Shown: piece after piece, positions 59,071-64,000 of the stretch
Layout of the letters: each line of letters starts with the position of its first letter
Numbering within the stretch: the first letter of the stretch is position 1
Source of the DNA: an uncultured Trueperaceae bacterium
GTDB lineage: Bacteria; Deinococcota; Deinococci; Deinococcales; Trueperaceae
Assembly (NCBI GenBank): GCA_963799485.1
Contig: CAWCXJ010000006.1
Location: forward strand, 96,001-160,000
Direction of reading: 5' to 3'
Length of the DNA stretch: 64,000 bases
Notes under the pieces: model-generated
The model's database searches: none
What the model was told of the DNA's origin: nothing
Seen by the model: only the letters and a program-made list of their open reading frames with translations
Position numbers and translations under genes: made by a program

Positions 59071-60172
59071 TGAGGGGTGTGCACATAAAGGAATAAGGGG
59101 TGAGCCTCCGTTAGTCTGGAACTGCTATGAACGAGAAAACGAAGGCTCAAGACACGGTAACACTCTCCTTAAACGCAGTGCTGAATATAGTGGATGAGCT
59201 GGCGCTCCCGGCTGACTCGGGCAACACCGAGTATTCGACCCGGAGTAAGCTGAAGCTTTACCTGTACATGCTTGTCAAGCACGTTATGGGCTTCAAAACA
59301 CTCGCTAAGCAGTTGCGACTTAAAGACGGGCTGCTAAGCCAGTTCGGTTTGACGGCCCCTCCTCACAGAACGACCCTGAGTCGGCGCTTCAAACAGTTGC
59401 CCTTGGTGTTGCGCGCACAGGTGCGTACCATCCATGCCGACTTTGTGGCCGAGGGCGTCACCCCGGTAGACGCGATGAGTGTCGATTCGAGTCTGATGCA
59501 CGCACAGGTTAAGGCTGAAAGCCTCAGCATTTTCAATGCTCACCTGTTGGCAACGTCTGGCACAAGAAGCAGCGAGCCAAAGGGGAGCTGCCGAGCTGTG
59601 GCAACATCGACCAGGAGGCGCATTGGGGCAAGAGCGGCTGTGGGGAGTGGGTCTACGGCTACCGGCTTCACTGTTTGGTGAGCGGCTGTTCTGCTGCTTT
59701 ACCCTGTGATGTAGAAGTCGCTGCGGCTAACGTCAAAGATGCGCGCGTGTCTAAGGACCTTCTCGCCCCCTCTATACCTGAAGCAACCCAAGTCCTCTTG
59801 GATGACGGCGGTTTTGATGAAGGAGAATGCTACACGCTTTGTGACGAAAAGGATGTCAGCCTCGTTGCGCCCATCAAAGTTAAAGCCAGCACCCCGCCGG
59901 AACGACTCGAACGTGCTCGTCTCTACCACGACCCCGAAGTGCGCGCAACCTTCGCCTTGAGAAAAACCACCGTCGAACCTTTTCAGGGTCGGCTTAAAGC
60001 TCTGTTCGAGCTCGAACATCTTTGCATGAAAGGTATCAAATGTTAGAACCCTCGTTATTCTTGCCACCCTCGCTTACCTACTGCTCGCTAAGCTCAATCA
60101 CCGGCTGGGCCTCGACCTCCTCAAGCTCCAAGACACCCTTATCGCCGTCAGGTGAACCTTGCACACCCCTCA
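59071..60172 (+). mobile_element. Insertion sequence with a DDE transposase (IS4/IS5/IS982-like), inactivated
   Basis: Perfect 13-bp terminal inverted repeats TGAGGGGTGTGCA (59071-59083) and TGCACACCCCTCA (60160-60172); no clear target duplication. Confidence 0.88.
59127..60155 (+). pseudogene. DDE transposase pseudogene
   Basis: PHRTTLSRR, VDSS, D.EA.WG, YGYRLH, DDGG and RKTTVEP motifs; broken by a 41-bp insert near 59508 and a frameshift near 60038. Confidence 0.9.
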
Positions 60173-61242
60173 GGTAGGTACAAAAAATTCCTGATACCCT
60201 CAGTTGTCGAGCTCAACGAGGATGGGAAAAGCGTCCCCTATGGGAATGCTGTTGTCTAGTGAGGTAATGGTGAGGGCCGGTTCGTCTTCACCATGCTGCA
60301 GCTCAACGGATTGTTGAACTCTTGGAGAGTCTGGAATTGCCCTACATGCGGATAGAACTGCCAACCCTACGCAAAGCTATAAGTACGCACTAGACTTCAC
60401 GCTGTCACCCTTCGTCCTGCCTAGAGATATCAAACCCGCGGAACTCGTTTGTCTACCGTATTTGAGACCCGTAGCATAAACTATAAACTCGTACAAATGC
60501 AACAAATCTTTTCTTAACCGAGTTTTAATTTCGCAGCTATTTTTTGCTGATAGTTTATGCTGTTAAATCAACGCGGCGAACCGTCATCAACGCCAACGTA
60601 AGTTTGTATCAGCTCCCCTAGCACCCTTCTCATGTCCGCCCTTCCGGGCTCACCTTTGCCTTGAACTGGCGGGGTAGTCATGTCGGTATCGTGCCTGCTA
60701 CCTGGCTGTAATCCGTGTCGCCCCGTTTGCCGCGCTGGTCGGGCTTCGGCTCGGCGTATCGGTTTGCGACTGGCTAACCTTCGGCTCAAAGGCTACGCAG
60801 CACCTCCGCTGCAATCGTCCCGAACTCTTCCCATGCTCTCGCACTACCGCGTGCCCGGCGGCCTCGACGTTCTTCCCCGCGAGCCGCGCGAACTCATTTA
60901 TACGCTTTATAAGCGTGCAAGCCGGTGACGTAGGTTGTAAGGCCATTATTCTCGAGAGCAGCGCGGGTGTCCTCACGGTTCGCTAGGTGGGACGGGGTGC
61001 CCGGTTGACCAACGCCAAGACCTTCGTCTTGCCGCTCGAGAGCGCTGAACCGTCATTAGCGCAGCATTAATGGCGATTTTTCCACGCAGCCTTCCGGCCC
61101 GTCACGCGCACAAGAAGCCTGACTGGTTGAAATGCGCTTCACCCTGATACTCCCGTTCTGATTCCGAGTCGGCTTAGAGCAGGTAAGCCAGCTAAAGTAT
61201 GTCACTGCCTAAGCCTCGCCTATCCGACTGCGCGTTGCCGCT

Positions 61243-62394
61243 TTAGAAGTCCGCTAATTCCTTCGCTGCCGGCAGCGCCGTCGCCCCCTCGAACGCGTTG
61301 ACCTCTTCGATAAACCGTTTGAACGAATACGACGCGTCGTGCGGGCCGGGGCTGGCTTCGGGGTGGTACTGCACGCTAAAAACCGGGTAACGGGTGTGCG
61401 CCATGCCCTCTAACGTCCCGTCGTTTAAGTTCACATGCGTCGCACGAAACTGCCCGCTCGGAATCGAAGCGATGTCTACGGCGTAGTTGTGGTTTTGGCT
61501 GGTGATTTCAACCTCACCGGTAACGAGGTTTTTCACCGGCGTGTTGGCCCCGTGATGCCCGTGTTTGAGCTTGTAGGTGCTGCCGCCGACCGCCAAACCC
61601 AAAAGCTGATGACCCAGACAGATGCCGTAAGTCGGCAAGAGCCCCAACATCTGCCAGACCGTATCGTGGGCGTATTTGGGGCCCGCCGGGTCGCCGGGGC
61701 CGTTGGCGATCACCAGGCCGTAGGGGTTCAAGGCCATAATCTGCGCGGGCGTCGTTTGGGCCGGAACGACGATGACTTCAGCGTTGGCCTGCTCGAGCTT
61801 GTACACAATCGAGTGCTTGATGCCGAAATCCATGACGACGACCCTGGGGTTGTCCTTAAAGGTAGGCCGCGCGTAAGGGAGCGGCGTTGTAACCTCGGGC
61901 GTCAGGTCGCGCCCGTCGATGTCTTCGTGCGCTCTTGCCTGCTCGACGAGCGCCTCACCGCCCGCTTTGTCCAGCTCGCCGTGCCGGATGACGCCCTTGA
62001 CCACGCCGCCCTGTCGCAGCCGCCGGGTCAGCGCGCGGGTGTCGATGCCTTCGATGCCGACGATTTTATGCTCTTCCATAAAGCTCTGCAGGTCTTGGTT
62101 GGCGCGGTGGTTTGAGGCCGTGCGCGAAAACTCCCGGACGATAAACCCTTTGGCAAACGGCCTGTTCGACTCCATATCGTAGACCGACACGCCGTAGTTG
62201 CCGATGTGCGGGTACGTCATGGTGACGATCTGCCCGTGATAGCTGGGGTCGGTCAAAATCTCCTGATAGCCGGTCATCGAGGTGTTGAAGACGATTTCGC
62301 CGACCGTTTCGCCGTGATAGCCGAACGCGTAGCCGTAATAGACGGTGCCGTCTTCTAGCGCGAGCGCGGCGGGGGGTTTGTTTAGGAGCGGCAT
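61243..62394 (-). CDS. carA: Carbamoyl-phosphate synthase small subunit
   Basis: [35 protein letters not shown] and [10 protein letters not shown] motifs; ATG 62394. Confidence 0.96.
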   Translation of the reverse strand: MPLLNKPPAALALEDGTVYYGYAFGYHGETVGEIVFNTSMTGYQEILTDPSYHGQIVTMTYPHIGNYGVSVYDMESNRPFAKGFIVREFSRTASNHRANQDLQSFMEEHKIVGIEGIDTRALTRRLRQGGVVKGVIRHGELDKAGGEALVEQARAHEDIDGRDLTPEVTTPLPYARPTFKDNPRVVVMDFGIKHSIVYKLEQANAEVIVVPAQTTPAQIMALNPYGLVIANGPGDPAGPKYAHDTVWQMLGLLPTYGICLGHQLLGLAVGGSTYKLKHGHHGANTPVKNLVTGEVEITSQNHNYAVDIASIPSGQFRATHVNLNDGTLEGMAHTRYPVFSVQYHPEASPGPHDASYSFKRFIEEVNAFEGATALPAAKELADF

Positions 62395-62598
62395 AGAAAC
62401 CTCATAGGGATAACCTAGCATTTATACCAAGCACCGTCCGGTTTAGAGCAGTCTAAAGCGGTAGGACGCTCGGCAGTACGCGTATGACGATGACCTGCGT
62501 CCGCCGAAAGTACACCGTCGGAGCAAGCCGCGAGATTCGCCCCCGGTTTTTGTGAAGGTCGCCGTAAAAGCGCCGAGGAGCGGGGCCTGTACGTCACC

Positions 62599-62802
62599 CT
62601 ACTCTGCCGCCGCCGTAAACGGGTAGCCGGTTTGAGAAAGCTGCTGCTCGAGCCGCCCCTGCATCATCTGAGTTACCTCGGCGTATTCCGGCACATTGAT
62701 GAGGTTACGCAGTTCACCGGGGTCGGCCTGAAGGTCGTAAAGTTCGCTGATGTCGTCGAGCAAATCCGGATAGGTCACGTATTTCCAGCGCTCCGTGCGT
62801 AG
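62599..62802 (-). pseudogene. C-terminal fragment of a sulfatase
   Basis: LRTERWKYVTY...ELYDLQADPGELRNL...*; no upstream coding part. Confidence 0.75.
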
Positions 62803-62862
62803 TTTGATTTGTCCATATCGGAGACATTATGTAAGCTCCTTTCTAAGTGTTAATCTAGCCTG

Positions 62863-64000
62863 GTGTTTAGAGCTACTTCGTCAACTAAAGTTCGTCACTT
62901 TTTGCAGCGGTTTATCGCTGCTCTCCTCCTCAGCGTTTTTACCGTCTCATGTTTTCGGAATGTCCCGACCGTTGATTCTGCTCGACCTAACATCGTTTTA
63001 GTTGTTACCGACGACCAAAATGCCGACACCCTTATGTTTATGCCTACCGTGCAAAGGCTTCTGGTCGGCCAGGGTACGAGTTTCACGAGTGCCTACGCGA
63101 CGACGCCCCTTTGCTCTCCTAGCCGGGCGAGCATCTTGACAGGTCAGTACGCGCACAACCACGGCGTCCGTTCAAACGACGGGACGAGCGGCGGTTTCCC
63201 CGAGTTTTTTGCCTCCGGCGCTGAAACCTCGACGCTGGCAGCCTCTTTGCAAAGTAGCGGCTACCGCACCGCGCTGATGGGCAAATATTTCAACGCCTAC
63301 CCCGAGGGCAAGGTGCCGCCCGAGGGATTTTCCTCTCCCGGTAAACGTTACGTTCCCCCCGGCTGGGACGAGTGGTTTGGATTTCTCGACTTTTTTGAAG
63401 ATGGACGTGGCAGCGGCCCTTACGCAATGTATGACTATTCGGTCAACCATAACGGTCGGGTCAGGCGTTACGGCAACCTCCCGCGCGACTACCAGACCGA
63501 CGTGCTGAGTGACGCCGCAACGGACTTTGTAACGCGCAACTCGAAAAAGTCCGAACCGTTCTTTCTATACCTCGCCCCGACTGCCCCGCACCTGCCCGCC
63601 GTTCCTGCCCCCCGGCACCAAGCTATGTTTGCGGGCCTTCAGGCCCCACGTCCACCTTCATTTAACGAAGCGGATATGTCCGACAAACCTATGTGGCTTA
63701 CCGGAGCGCCCCTGCTGTCCTCCGAGCATATCGCTAACCTCGATGAGACCTACCGTAAGCAGGCGCAGATGCTCCTAGCGGTAGACGAAATGATTGCCTC
63801 GCTTGTTGATGCGCTCGAGGCAACCGGTGAACTCGAGTCCACCTACTTGGTCTTTACCTCCGACCAAGGCCTGCATAACGGCGAACACCGGCTTGTAAGC
63901 AAAAAGCTCACACCTTACGACGCGTCAGCACGCGTTCCCTTAGTGGTGCGAGGCCCCGGCGTTCCTGCCGGAAGAGAGGTTGACGCCTTGTCGCTGCTTT
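62863..64000 (+). CDS. Sulfatase (N-acetylglucosamine-6-sulfatase-like), probable lipoprotein; runs off the window end
   Basis: Manual translation: signal with VSC, RPNIVLVVTDDQ, LCSPSRASILTGQYAHNHG, GKY, APTAPH, AVDE and FTSDQG. Confidence 0.92.
   Translation, partial: MFRATSSTKVRHFLQRFIAALLLSVFTVSCFRNVPTVDSARPNIVLVVTDDQNADTLMFMPTVQRLLVGQGTSFTSAYATTPLCSPSRASILTGQYAHNHGVRSNDGTSGGFPEFFASGAETSTLAASLQSSGYRTALMGKYFNAYPEGKVPPEGFSSPGKRYVPPGWDEWFGFLDFFEDGRGSGPYAMYDYSVNHNGRVRRYGNLPRDYQTDVLSDAATDFVTRNSKKSEPFFLYLAPTAPHLPAVPAPRHQAMFAGLQAPRPPSFNEADMSDKPMWLTGAPLLSSEHIANLDETYRKQAQMLLAVDEMIASLVDALEATGELESTYLVFTSDQGLHNGEHRLVSKKLTPYDASARVPLVVRGPGVPAGREVDALSLL

Noticed and set aside
61070..61147. KKPDWLK peptide resembling the LipA N-terminus
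   Set aside because: Seven-residue match only, with no further similarity.
1..64000. CRISPR array, rRNA or tRNA genes
   Set aside because: No regularly spaced repeat-spacer series or recognisable RNA gene; all repeats seen are head-to-tail with no spacers.

Overview
GC-rich (roughly 60% by eye) bacterial chromosomal DNA, most likely Deinococcota (Truepera-like), judged from protein content and many leaderless TANNNT-start promoters. It is mostly housekeeping and carbohydrate genes: GH3 beta-glucosidase, rapZ-yvcK, bshC, comB-like phosphatase, TagA-type glycosyltransferase, pgeF, peptidases, CDF transporter, RIO kinase, ftsE, a SAM-I riboswitch with metY-metX, GH15-zwf, a frameshifted recQ, LacI plus a FrcBCA-like sugar ABC transporter, GH13 alpha-glucosidase, smc-birA, carA and a sulfatase. 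There are also two dead IS elements and many small gene remnants. No rRNA, tRNA or CRISPR array was seen. Five things stand out. (1) Three 31-41 bp hairpin or Y-shaped micro-inserts, each placeable so that it starts with GTT, interrupt conserved motifs of both transposases; they may be an undescribed tiny mobile or anti-transposon element. (2) CTCGAG is about 6-fold over-represented (HIP-like; manual tally about 125 vs about 21 expected). (3) Short tandem duplications are pervasive. (4) A circularly permuted ATP-grasp / alpha-E / double transglutaminase operon has a Gln-rich tail, no Anbu protease in the window, and a 242-bp direct-repeat-bounded segment encoding a Cys-rich 81-aa ORF coupled at both ends. 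(5) Several microproteins were missed by the ORF track. All family assignments come from motif recognition by eye, not database searches.
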